Shown here: piece by piece, positions 1 to 10,466 of the stretch
How the letters are laid out: each line of letters opens with the position of its first letter
How positions within the stretch are numbered: the first letter of the stretch is position 1
Source: Planctomycetota bacterium
Lineage (GTDB): Bacteria > Planctomycetota > GCA-002687715 > DRQF01
Assembly: GCA_036479435.1 (NCBI GenBank)
Contig: JAZGFI010000090.1
Coordinates: forward strand, 1 to 64,000
DNA length: 64,000 nucleotides
Reading direction: 5' to 3'
Position numbers and translations under genes: made by a program
The notes under the pieces: model-generated
What the model was told of the DNA's origin: nothing
Database searches by the model: none
What the model saw: the letters and a program-made list of their open reading frames with translations, nothing else

Positions 1-999
<999 letters not shown>

Positions 1000-1123
1000 T
1001 TTTTTTCTTACTTCGGTAAGGAATCCGTCGGAAAATTGACGTTTAGGTACGTTGCGGCGCAGACTGAGCGTTCTCATTATTCATTTATACAACAGACCAA
1101 GGCTGAATCTTGGTCTAAGAGTT

Positions 1124-1232
1124 TCCCGGTGACCATACCTGAGGGGCCATACCTGTTCCCATTCCGAACACAGAAGTCAAGACCTCAGGGCCGATGGTAG
1201 TGCACAAAACGCGAGAGTAGGTTATCGCCGGG
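1124..1232 (+). rRNA. rrf: 5S rRNA (short, ~109 nt)
   Basis: Helix I cccggtga/tcgccggg, conserved cccattccgaaca and ccgatggtagt; lies downstream of 23S. Confidence 0.97.
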
Positions 1233-1243
1233 TTTTTCATTCG

Positions 1244-1275
1244 CCCCACGTCGCTGAGCGACGTGGGGTTTCTTT
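1244..1275 (+). terminator. Intrinsic terminator of the rRNA operon
   Basis: Perfect 11-bp stem ccccacgtcgc/gcgacgtgggg followed by tttcttt. Confidence 0.9.
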
Positions 1276-1277
1276 AT

Positions 1278-1461
1278 GCTTGCACGTCGAGCGTCATCTC
1301 TTGCCGCCGAGCCGGCCCCGGGTCATCCGGGGCTGCGTTGTTCGGACTTGGCAGGGTAAACCCTGCCGGCGCCCTCTCGCCTTGCCCCGAAAGATCCGGG
1401 GGCGGCTCGGCCGCTCTGCCGCAGGCAGAGCTCGGCAAGATATGACGCTCGAAGCGCAAGC
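1278..1461. repeat. Structured element with ~28-bp imperfect terminal inverted repeats and four internal hairpins (MITE-like or ncRNA)
   Basis: cttgcacgtcgagcgtcatctcttgccg (1279-1306) is the reverse complement of 1433-1460 with 3 mismatches; nested hairpins lie inside. Confidence 0.7.
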
Positions 1462-1628
1462 TGTACCCGCATATTGAGAAGTGCATGGCGCCAAATGCTG
1501 GAGCCTTGACGCCGTACAACCAGACTCCGTACAAGCGGTTGTTCACCTCTCTCCCCCCAACATCAACTTGTCTTTCCCTCGCAACGCGGGATCATGAACC
1601 CACTAGATTCCCGCCCGGAGACCATCCC

Positions 1629-3137
1629 ATGCTCAAACAACTTGGCATCAAAGCCCAAAACCTTGGCGCTCACAATGGCTGTGAGTTCTTAGATCTCAAC
1701 CAAACTGGAGAGATCGAATCCCATTCGCCCATCGACGGCGCGCTCATTGCAAAGGCCAACATGACCGGGCTCAAGACCTATGAGGCCTTGGTGACCGGAT
1801 CAGAAGAGGCCTTTAAGACTTGGCGCATGATGCCCGCTCCGCAACGGGGCGAGATCGTGCGGCAGATCGGAAATGCCCTTCGTGAGAAGAAGGAACTCCT
1901 CGGTCAGCTAGTGACCATGGAGATGGGCAAGCTGCTCACCGAAGGGGAGGGTGAAGTCCAAGAGATGATCGACATCTGTGACTTTGCCGTCGGCCTCTCA
2001 CGCCAGCTCTACGGCCTCACGATGCACAGTGAACGCCCCGGTCACCGCATGTACGAACAATGGCATCCGCTGGGAACCGTCGGGATCATCACCGCGTTTA
2101 ACTTCCCGGTTGCGGTGTGGGCTTGGAATGCGGCCTTGGCGGCTATTTGCGGCGACACGGTGATTTGGAAACCTTCGCCCAAGACGCCGCTGACGGCGAT
2201 TGCCGTGCAGAACATCATCAGCGAGGTCGCCAAAGAGCACAACATTCCCGGCGTGTTCAACATGATCCTCGGTGGCGATGCCGACGTTGGTAACGCGATG
2301 ACGGCCGACATCCGTCTGCCTTTGATATCGGCCACGGGTTCTTGCCGCATGGGCAGGATTGTGGGTTCACGGGTGGCGGAGCGCTTTGGGCGTTCGCTGC
2401 TCGAGCTCGGCGGCAACAATGCGATCATCGTGATGGATGATGCTGATATTGAAATTGCGGTTCCTGCGATCTTGTTTGGTGCTGTGGGCACGGCGGGGCA
2501 GCGTTGTACGTCTACGCGCCGCGTCTTCTTGCAAAAGGGTATTGCCGGCAAGGTCCGCGATGCGGTGGTCAAAGCCTATGCGAGTATTCGCATCGGCGAT
2601 CCTTTGGATCGCGACACCCTCATGGGGCCGCTCATCGACGAAGATTCCATCAAGATGATGGACGCGGCCTTGGCGCAAGCGAAGGCCGAAGGAGGCAAGT
2701 TGCTTTGTGGCGGAGGGCGCATCGATCGCCCCGGCCACTACGTCAACCCGGCGATTATTGAGGCGAATGCCGACATGAAGGTCTGGCGCGAAGAGACCTT
2801 TGCTCCCATTCTCTACTTGTTTGAAGTGGATAGTTACGAAGAGGCGATCGGCATGCACAACGATGTGCGCCAGGGACTTTCTTCAGCCGTCTTTACCTTG
2901 AACATGCGCACGGCTGAGAATTTCCTCTCTCACGCTGGGTCTGATTGCGGGATTGCCAACGTCAATATCGGGACCAGTGGTGCCGAAATCGGCGGTGCGT
3001 TCGGGGGTGAAAAAGACACCGGGGGCGGTCGCGAGTCCGGTTCGGATTCTTGGCGCGCCTACATGCGTCGCCAGACCAACACCATCAACTGGTCGACGGA
3101 CCTGCCTTTGGCTCAAGGGGTGAAGTTCGACCTCTAA
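1629..3137 (+). CDS. amaB: Aldehyde dehydrogenase family 7 (piperideine-6-carboxylate / alpha-aminoadipate semialdehyde dehydrogenase-like)
   Basis: Motifs ITAFNFP, LELGGNNA, catalytic GQRCT, EETFAP and GAEIGGAFGGEKDTGGGRESGSD. ATG at 1629 follows a GGAG RBS; the ORF-track start at 1485 is probably too long. Confidence 0.9.
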   Translation: MLKQLGIKAQNLGAHNGCEFLDLNQTGEIESHSPIDGALIAKANMTGLKTYEALVTGSEEAFKTWRMMPAPQRGEIVRQIGNALREKKELLGQLVTMEMGKLLTEGEGEVQEMIDICDFAVGLSRQLYGLTMHSERPGHRMYEQWHPLGTVGIITAFNFPVAVWAWNAALAAICGDTVIWKPSPKTPLTAIAVQNIISEVAKEHNIPGVFNMILGGDADVGNAMTADIRLPLISATGSCRMGRIVGSRVAERFGRSLLELGGNNAIIVMDDADIEIAVPAILFGAVGTAGQRCTSTRRVFLQKGIAGKVRDAVVKAYASIRIGDPLDRDTLMGPLIDEDSIKMMDAALAQAKAEGGKLLCGGGRIDRPGHYVNPAIIEANADMKVWREETFAPILYLFEVDSYEEAIGMHNDVRQGLSSAVFTLNMRTAENFLSHAGSDCGIANVNIGTSGAEIGGAFGGEKDTGGGRESGSDSWRAYMRRQTNTINWSTDLPLAQGVKFDL

Positions 3138-3212
3138 GGACCACGATGAGCCAAAACCCACCGTCGAGCCAAGACAGTTCGATGAAGGGGGCTAGACAGC
3201 ACATTCCCAAAG

Positions 3213-3244
3213 AAAACGGGCTCGACTTGGTCGGGCCCGTTTTT
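3213..3244. terminator. Bidirectional-type intrinsic terminator after the ALDH gene
   Basis: aaaacgggctcgac-ttg-gtcgggcccgtttt hairpin with A and T tracts. Confidence 0.7.
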
Positions 3245-3309
3245 GTTGAACTTCCCTGCCACAAGCCGCGTCCAATGAGCGCCCCGAATCGCATCCGCTG
3301 GAGAATTTC

Positions 3310-6300
3310 ATGTCGCATCGACTGGCTCTTATTGCTTCCATCTTATTGGCCGGGCTCGCTTTGGCGTTTTTCGCCTTGCCGGGTGGACTCGCTGGCACCG
3401 GCGACGATGATGACATGAAGAAAGCCGATCGCTTTTTTGACGATAAGACCTACCTGCCCGCGATCGAGATCTACAAAAAGATCCTCGCCGACTCCAGCCA
3501 GCCCTCATCGGATCGTGCCAAGAGCCTCCAGCGAATGGCCGTTTCCTTCGACCGCATTGCGCGCCAGGACGAGGCGATCGCCGTACTTACTGAACATTCG
3601 GGCGTCGCGAAATCTATGCTGTGGCAAGGGCGCTTGGCGGCGGCACGGGGCAGTATCTCGTTGCGGATGCCACACCATTATTACCTAAAGGATGGAAAAC
3701 GAACGCGAGGACGTTGGATACAAGGCGGTGTCTATCATGACACCACCAAGGCCGACGTGCTGGACGCGATGACTTACTTCGCGATCGGCGCTGAGAAACT
3801 CCAGGCAGCACTTGAGGCCGAGGTTGCTCCCAAGCACTCATGGGTCGAGGAACATAGCGCCGCGGCTATCGGCATGTCCCAAGCGCTGGAGATGTTTCGC
3901 GATCAGCACGGCGGCCACCATCGATTCGATATTCACCCGCAGGTACTCGCCGAGCTCAAAAGAAATGAGATTGGCGGCCACATCGGCGTTGATCCCCAGC
4001 TGTGGTTGCAGCATGCAGAGACCGTCGCCAAGGGCAATAAGCACCGCGAAAACGCGGCTTACCTGCGCTACACCGAAGGCATGTATTGCCGCCGTTTGGC
4101 GCATCGATTCAATTTGGTTCAGGATGCGGGCGCCGATGGCCCTAGTCTAGAATGTCAGTTTCCCCTCGGTGGTGGCAAGCACGAGATCGTGGCCTTCCCG
4201 GACGCCTGGAATCCTTACCGAATCTTCGCGTCGGTGAGCCGCGAGTACAAAGGCAGCATCGTTGAAGACGATGCCGCCATCGCGCTGGGGATGTTCGCGA
4301 ACGACTCAGGCCGCTTCGTCTACGCCGAACGCACGCTAGCAAGTTTTGAAGAGCGTTTTCCGAAGAGCATCTGGCGATCCGACTGCCGTGCGATTCTGCA
4401 GGGCATCCGGAAGTCAGAGGTCCATGTTCAAAATCCCCCCTGTGTGATGCCATCGGAGCCCTTCAAGCTTTCCTTGAGGGTACGCAACGAAGGGAAGCTC
4501 GATGTGCGGGCTTACCCAGTTGACCTCGGAGCCATCCTTGGCTCGCGGCGCTACCTCAACGACTCAAAGTCGTCGTTTTCTGATCTGGGACGCATCGTCA
4601 AGAGAATGTTGGCGATGGAAGGACGCCTGGGCCGACCGGCTTGGCAAAAGACTTTCGTGACGCCCGATCGTGGCCATCACTTATCTCACGAAATGACCTG
4701 TGATCTCGATCTCTTGGCGAAGGGAGCCTACCTCATCGAGGTCTCCGGAGAGAAAGTCGCCTACCAAGTCATGGGGCTCGTGAGTGAACTCTCCATGGTC
4801 CGCAAAGTTGGCCAAAAAGAAGCCATCATCTTCGTCGCTGATGCCAAGACGGGGCAGCCCGCCGCCGGTGTCGACGTGCTGGTTCGGCAAAAGCACCAAG
4901 ACTCCGGGCTCTTTGGTCGCTACACCAAGATTACCCACAACCGAGGTCCTTCGGACGAAAACGGGCTGCATCGGCGTCGGCACGAAGTCACCCCAAGAAA
5001 CTCCTTTTACTTAGAGGCCTTTGCGCAGCGTGGTGATGACTACGCCTTGACGACTTTCGGCAGTTATCAGGCCGACAGCAACCCTGCCGCGAGGTCTTCG
5101 GTCTATTGTTTCACGGACCGCCCTGTTTACCGACCCCTGGATGAGGTTCACTTCGTCGGCAACCTTCGCGAACTCGAAGACGGTGCCTACAAAAACTTGC
5201 CGGGGCGTGACGTCAAGGTCGAGGTTGTCGATCCGAAGGGCAACCGTCTCTACACTCAAACCTTGAAGTCAGACGAATACGGAGCCGTGAACGATCGCTT
5301 TGCTCTGGGCGAAGAACCACCATTGGGTCAGTATCGAGTCAGTTTTCGGCTCGGCAATACTCACCTCGGGCAGCGCGTATTTCGCGTTGAGGAATACAAA
5401 AAGCCAGAGTTCGAAGTCCAGATCGTGGGACCGAAGGAACAGATTCGAGTTGGCGAGGCCATTCGGGCCGAAGTAAGGGCAGAGCTTTATTCAGGTGGCG
5501 GTCTGGCGGGTGCCAAGGTTGTCTACCGTGTGTTCCGGGCCCGCTATGCTCCGTCTTTTTGGCGGCCCAGTCGCTACTCCTGGTTCTACGGGAAAAGCCG
5601 CCCGGTGCGAAACAACAGCCGAGAACTTGTTAGCTCTGGTGAATCCCAATGTGATCAGGACGGCAAGTTCGAGATCAAGGTCGAAACCGCAGCCTTGTCG
5701 GCGCGGTATCCCGACCAAGATCACCGCTTTGTGGTCGAGGCTGATGTCACTGACCTCTCGCGCCGCACTATTTCGGGTTCGACGACGGTCATCATGACGC
5801 GTACAGCTTTGTTCGCGTCGATGTCCGCATCACGTGGATTCTTTCGGGCTGGCGAGCGCGCCACCTTCGAGATCCGTACGCAGACCGCGGGCGGCGAAGC
5901 CGTCAAAACCAAAGGACGCGTTCAGGTGTACCGTCTCAGCTCAGTGCTTGAAAACGACGTCATCGTTTACCGCCGAAATGAAGTCGATGCCGTCGTTGCG
6001 GCCACGAACAAAGAAGGCGACGGCAAGCTTGAGTACACCTTCGATTCACCGGGGCGTTTCGTTTTGTCCTACGTCACCGAAGACAAGTGGGGCGAAACGG
6101 TACGCGGTGAACACGAGATTTGGATCACCGATCCCAACTACGCCGCTGACGACTTCCAGTTCAAAAACGTCGAGATCGTTGCCGACCAGTCGGCCTATCA
6201 ACCCGGCGAGACCGCGTATCTGCTCATCAACGGCACTTTCGCCAATGCGTCCATCTTCATGACCATCGAATCCGATCGGCGCATCTTGAAGCATGAGGTT

Positions 6301-9207
6301 CTAAAGCTCAGCGGCAAGAACACCGTGGTCGCGATCGAGATCCCGGAATCCTTCACTCCCAACGTCTTTGTGCACGCGATGATGGTGCAGGGCGGCCGCT
6401 TTTTCCAACACAGTGTCGAGCTGAGGGTGCCGCCCACGCGCAAGTTCTTGGATGTGGATCTCAGTCTTTCCCAGTCGGAATACCGACCGGGCGAACTTGT
6501 TGAGGTCTCCATTCAAAGCCGCGACTACCAAGGCCAGGGTGTCCCCGCGCAGTTTGCTTTGCGCATCATGGACAAAGCCATCACTTACATTCAGAGCGAT
6601 GACACTCCAGATATTCGCGCCTTCTACTACGGTCAGCGCCGCTCTTTTTACGGCAATCAGCGTTGGAACAGCAACACGACCCAGTCGCTCCTTTTCCGCT
6701 TTGCAGGAAGACTGGCCCGTAGCGAAAAACAAAAACGCTGGCGCCGCCACGGTTATCCCAAGGGCTGGTGGATCGACACCGAGGTCACCGAACTGCAGCG
6801 CGATGGTGGGGCCTTTTTGGACGGCTTTGTGAAACACTCCCGCGACGGTGCGCCCGAGGAAGAGAGAGAAGAATCTGGCCGAATGACTCTGGGGAGCGCG
6901 GCCATGGACTCTGCGGCTAGCCCCTCCATGGATTTCCGCAGCGCCAAGATGAAAAAAGGCCGTGCCTTCACCGGCGGCGGCGACAAAGATGGTGCCGATG
7001 ACGCCCTCGCCGAGCCGGAAGATCGTTCCAATTTCTCCGACCTGGCGGCCTGGATTCCAAACTTGCGCACCGACAAAAACGGCCAAGCCAAGTTCAGTTT
7101 CAAGTTGCCCGACTCCTTAACGACCTGGGTCACCACCGCTCGCGGCATGACCCAATCGACTTTGGTGGGTTCGGCTGAGACCGAGTTCAAAACCACCAAG
7201 AACGTGCTCGTTCGTTTGCAAGCGCCGCGGTTTTTCACCGAGCGCGACGAGATCGCCCTGTCCGGCATCATCCGCAACGGCTTTGCCGACGCTATCCGCG
7301 TCAAAGCTCAGCTCGAACTCGACGGCGGCACCTTAGAGCTTCTGGATCAAGCCGAGCGCGAGATCACCATCGAGGCCGGCGCCGAAGTGCGCGTCGATTG
7401 GTTGGTACGAGTCCTTCAGCCCGGCGAAGCTCAGGTGCGGATGAAGGCACTGTCGTCCCGCGAAAGCGACTCCGTCACCATGAACTTCCCGGTTTTGGCC
7501 TACGGCCGTGGGAAAGTCGTGACGCAAGTCCAAGTCATCGATGCCGATGGCACTCTCGCGAATTTCAATATCGACCTTCCCGCCGAGCGTCGCATCGCCT
7601 CGGCGCAGCTCGAAGTGATCGTGCAGCCATCGTTGGGATCAACTCTGCTCGACGCGATTCCCTACCTCATCGAGTACCCCTACGGCTGCACGGAACAAAC
7701 GATGAGCCGATTCATGCCCGCGGCCATCGTCGCGCAAACGCTGCATGATGCTGGCATCAGCCTCGACGAGATCGCCAACAAACGCCGAGATCTCGCGAAG
7801 GCCTCAGAGCAGCGCCAAAAACCCGCTCCGATCTACGGTGATGCGGAACTTAAGTCCGTCATAAAGCGCGGCCTCGCCCGTCTCGGCGGCATGCAAAACC
7901 CCGATGGTGGGTTTGGCTGGTGGCGAAACGATCGCAGCCAAGTCTATCTGACTGCCCACGTTCTCTACGGTTTGATCACCGCCAAAAAAGCCGGCTACGC
8001 CGTTCCCGCTGGCATGATCTCCGGCCCAACCCGTTTTCTTCGCCGCGAGATGTCGGAAACAACCAGCCTTCCGCTTCGCGCCTACACCGTCTTCGCGCTG
8101 ACCGCCGCGGGGGAGATTGACAAAGAGTTGCTGGATGACGTTTTCAAACGACGTGACAAACTCGGCGTCCTCAACCGTGCCCAGCTCGCCTTGGCCTGTG
8201 AGGCCGCGGGGCAAAACGACCGTTCGTCGCTAGTCCTGAAATCCCTTGAGGACTTCGCCACGGTCGACGAAGCCAACGGCACCGTCCACTGGCAAGGCGG
8301 ATCATCCTGGTGGTATTGGCACCAAGACGAAATCGAAACCAACGCCTACGTCTTGCTCGCTTTTGCGACCATCGATCCCGACCACAAGCACGCACGGCCT
8401 CTGGCCGCTTGGCTGGTCCGCAACCGTTCGGGCAACCAGTGGAAGTCCACGCGCGACACCGCCGCTTGCGTCTTAGCTCTCGCGCGCTACATGAAGAACG
8501 CCGGCGAACTGGACCCCGACTATGAACTGAGCGTCAAACTCGGCAATCGCACCTTGCGGACCCTGCGGGTCACGCGCGACAACATGTTTACCTTCGACAA
8601 CCGCTTCCTCGTCGAAGGCGACGCCCTAGAAACCGGATCACAATCCATTCGAGTCGAAAAGACCGGCCGCGGCAGCGCCTACGTCACCGCCCGTCTACAG
8701 TACTTCTCGACCGAAGAACAAATAAAGGCCTCTGGATTCGGGGTCAAAGTCTCCCGTCGCTACTACCGCCTCACCCCCTACGAGGAAATCGTCGAAGTAA
8801 ACGGTCGCAAGATCAAGCAGCTCAAACACCGCCGCGAACTCCTCGGCGACCTCGCCAGCATCAACTCTGGCGACGAGATCGAAGTCGAAATGACCCTCGA
8901 CGTCGACAACCACTACGAGTACGTCATGGTCGAAGACCGCAAACCCGCGGGCTTCGAACCCCTCGAACTCAAGTCCGGCCATCGCTACGGCAACGGTTTG
9001 TGTTCCAACATGGAACTCCGCGACGAAAAGGTCGTCTTCTTTGTCACCTGGCTCCAACAGGGAACCCACAAGATCAGCTACAAAATGCGCGCCGAAATCC
9101 CCGGACGCCTCAACGCCATGCCCACCCGAGCCCTCGCGATGTACGCCCCCAAGCTCGGCGGCATCTCCGACTCCTGGCGCGTCAAAGTCGAGCAGCCTTC
9201 ACGTTGA
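3310..9207 (+). CDS. Bacterial alpha-2-macroglobulin family protein (TPR-like N-terminus, MG domains, thioester domain)
   Basis: N-terminal signal/TM; TDRPVYRP, FRVEEYKKPEF, LPDSLTTW, intact thioester YPYGCTEQ, QNPDGGFGWW, and a C-terminal receptor-binding-like domain. Confidence 0.95.
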   Translation: MSHRLALIASILLAGLALAFFALPGGLAGTGDDDDMKKADRFFDDKTYLPAIEIYKKILADSSQPSSDRAKSLQRMAVSFDRIARQDEAIAVLTEHSGVAKSMLWQGRLAAARGSISLRMPHHYYLKDGKRTRGRWIQGGVYHDTTKADVLDAMTYFAIGAEKLQAALEAEVAPKHSWVEEHSAAAIGMSQALEMFRDQHGGHHRFDIHPQVLAELKRNEIGGHIGVDPQLWLQHAETVAKGNKHRENAAYLRYTEGMYCRRLAHRFNLVQDAGADGPSLECQFPLGGGKHEIVAFPDAWNPYRIFASVSREYKGSIVEDDAAIALGMFANDSGRFVYAERTLASFEERFPKSIWRSDCRAILQGIRKSEVHVQNPPCVMPSEPFKLSLRVRNEGKLDVRAYPVDLGAILGSRRYLNDSKSSFSDLGRIVKRMLAMEGRLGRPAWQKTFVTPDRGHHLSHEMTCDLDLLAKGAYLIEVSGEKVAYQVMGLVSELSMVRKVGQKEAIIFVADAKTGQPAAGVDVLVRQKHQDSGLFGRYTKITHNRGPSDENGLHRRRHEVTPRNSFYLEAFAQRGDDYALTTFGSYQADSNPAARSSVYCFTDRPVYRPLDEVHFVGNLRELEDGAYKNLPGRDVKVEVVDPKGNRLYTQTLKSDEYGAVNDRFALGEEPPLGQYRVSFRLGNTHLGQRVFRVEEYKKPEFEVQIVGPKEQIRVGEAIRAEVRAELYSGGGLAGAKVVYRVFRARYAPSFWRPSRYSWFYGKSRPVRNNSRELVSSGESQCDQDGKFEIKVETAALSARYPDQDHRFVVEADVTDLSRRTISGSTTVIMTRTALFASMSASRGFFRAGERATFEIRTQTAGGEAVKTKGRVQVYRLSSVLENDVIVYRRNEVDAVVAATNKEGDGKLEYTFDSPGRFVLSYVTEDKWGETVRGEHEIWITDPNYAADDFQFKNVEIVADQSAYQPGETAYLLINGTFANASIFMTIESDRRILKHEVLKLSGKNTVVAIEIPESFTPNVFVHAMMVQGGRFFQHSVELRVPPTRKFLDVDLSLSQSEYRPGELVEVSIQSRDYQGQGVPAQFALRIMDKAITYIQSDDTPDIRAFYYGQRRSFYGNQRWNSNTTQSLLFRFAGRLARSEKQKRWRRHGYPKGWWIDTEVTELQRDGGAFLDGFVKHSRDGAPEEEREESGRMTLGSAAMDSAASPSMDFRSAKMKKGRAFTGGGDKDGADDALAEPEDRSNFSDLAAWIPNLRTDKNGQAKFSFKLPDSLTTWVTTARGMTQSTLVGSAETEFKTTKNVLVRLQAPRFFTERDEIALSGIIRNGFADAIRVKAQLELDGGTLELLDQAEREITIEAGAEVRVDWLVRVLQPGEAQVRMKALSSRESDSVTMNFPVLAYGRGKVVTQVQVIDADGTLANFNIDLPAERRIASAQLEVIVQPSLGSTLLDAIPYLIEYPYGCTEQTMSRFMPAAIVAQTLHDAGISLDEIANKRRDLAKASEQRQKPAPIYGDAELKSVIKRGLARLGGMQNPDGGFGWWRNDRSQVYLTAHVLYGLITAKKAGYAVPAGMISGPTRFLRREMSETTSLPLRAYTVFALTAAGEIDKELLDDVFKRRDKLGVLNRAQLALACEAAGQNDRSSLVLKSLEDFATVDEANGTVHWQGGSSWWYWHQDEIETNAYVLLAFATIDPDHKHARPLAAWLVRNRSGNQWKSTRDTAACVLALARYMKNAGELDPDYELSVKLGNRTLRTLRVTRDNMFTFDNRFLVEGDALETGSQSIRVEKTGRGSAYVTARLQYFSTEEQIKASGFGVKVSRRYYRLTPYEEIVEVNGRKIKQLKHRRELLGDLASINSGDEIEVEMTLDVDNHYEYVMVEDRKPAGFEPLELKSGHRYGNGLCSNMELRDEKVVFFVTWLQQGTHKISYKMRAEIPGRLNAMPTRALAMYAPKLGGISDSWRVKVEQPSR

Positions 9208-9442
9208 ATGCCGCCCCAACCAACAGCGGCCCAGCGATGGATATCGAGTTGCTCCTGTCGATAGAGTGCGAGTCACAAGAGTCATTGAGAACTCTCGCTC
9301 ATCCCCAAGCTATCTCTCGGTGTTCATCGTCAAGTAGCTCTACCCACCGCATTGACTCATCGGTATTGCTACCGAAGCGCACCCCGTTGCCTCATCAGAA
9401 TGCTACCGGACTTTACTTGTCGGATACCGATTATCGCTGCAT

Positions 9443-9504
9443 TGGCGCCATTGCCTTTGCGCCGTTCCCTAGGCACGAGGGGCGGTGCAAAGGCAATGGC
9501 GTCA
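9443..9504 (+). repeat. 22-bp inverted repeat (long hairpin)
   Basis: tggcgccattgcctttgcgccg pairs with cggtgcaaaggcaatggcgtca; the only 2 non-Watson-Crick pairs are G-U on the + strand. Confidence 0.75.
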
Positions 9505-9705
9505 GGAAGTCCTTTTCGCCCCAAACTAATCTGGGTTCGAGTCGTGTTTTTGGCTGCCCTGGATGCCATGCGCCGCCTCGGACTCCTTAGGTAACATCGG
9601 CTTGAAGCAACACGCCTGGTGAGTTCTGATTGTCGCTGAACAAACTTCTGCCGCAGACGAAGAGCATGTTGTCGCGGGACAGTATCAATGATGATTGGCA
9701 GTGGA

Positions 9706-9735
9706 TTGACAGGCGGCTGCCAAAAGTGGTATTCT
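9706..9735 (+). promoter_or_regulatory. Sigma70-type promoter of the TA operon
   Basis: TTGACA (9706-9711), 18 nt, extended -10 TG-n-TATTCT (9727-9735). Confidence 0.65.
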
Positions 9736-9741
9736 GCTCTT

Positions 9742-10029
9742 ATGGATTCAGAAATGACAACCCTCAATGTGTCGCTGCCGAAAGACCTTCGCTCCTTCAT
9801 CGAGGAGCAAGCCCGCGATGGTGGATTTCACTCCGTTAGCGAGTACATGCGCGACATCCTTCGGCAAGCTCGCAAGCGAGCGACTCAAGAGAAGCTCGAA
9901 CAGCTTTTGATCGATGGCTTGGAAAGCGGCGAGGGTTTTGAAGCGACCCCAGAATACTGGGACGAACTCAAAAATAGAGCTTTGCAGAACGCCAAGAAGC
10001 GAGCGGCAACCAAAAAGGATGCCGAGTGA
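9742..10029 (+). CDS. Type II antitoxin, ParD-like ribbon-helix-helix
   Basis: TLNVSLPKDLRSFIEEQ...GFHSVSEYMRDILR...LLIDGLESG is a typical ParD-type pattern; overlaps the toxin start. Start is 9742 or 9754. Confidence 0.88.
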   Translation: MDSEMTTLNVSLPKDLRSFIEEQARDGGFHSVSEYMRDILRQARKRATQEKLEQLLIDGLESGEGFEATPEYWDELKNRALQNAKKRAATKKDAE

Positions 10030-10358
10030 CCCAGAAGGTCATCGTGGTCAGTCCGCTGGCCGCAAACGACGCGGGCGAGATCATCGACTACTTTTCATTT
10101 GAGGTGGAAGATGATGAGTTGGCGCTTCGGTTCGGAGCGTCCCTTCAATCGACTTATCGATCTCTCCTTGATTTCCCTGATATGGGATCGCCACGCTGGA
10201 ACTGGGCTTCCAAGAAGCTCCTCGGTGTCAGGTCATGGCCAGTCACCGGATTTCGTTCGCACTTCGTTTTCTATCGATCCACCGATCGAGGCATTGAGAT
10301 TCTCAGAGTCCTACACGGATCTCGAGACATCGCCTTTCAATTGCGCGTCGAGGAGTAG
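10026..10358 (+). CDS. Type II toxin, RelE/ParE family
   Basis: SPLAANDAGEI...FPDMG...RSWPV.GF..HFVFYR....IEILRVLHGSRD; GTG start overlaps the antitoxin TGA. Confidence 0.9.
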   Translation: MTQKVIVVSPLAANDAGEIIDYFSFEVEDDELALRFGASLQSTYRSLLDFPDMGSPRWNWASKKLLGVRSWPVTGFRSHFVFYRSTDRGIEILRVLHGSRDIAFQLRVEE

Positions 10359-10466
10359 CCTCCAGCGTCTCCGACTCGCCCTTGGCGATGAGCTTCTTTG
10401 TTTTTTCGAGATCGGTCATTGCTAATCGATGGCGCAGTTGAGCTGCAATATCAACCTGGCGAAAAG

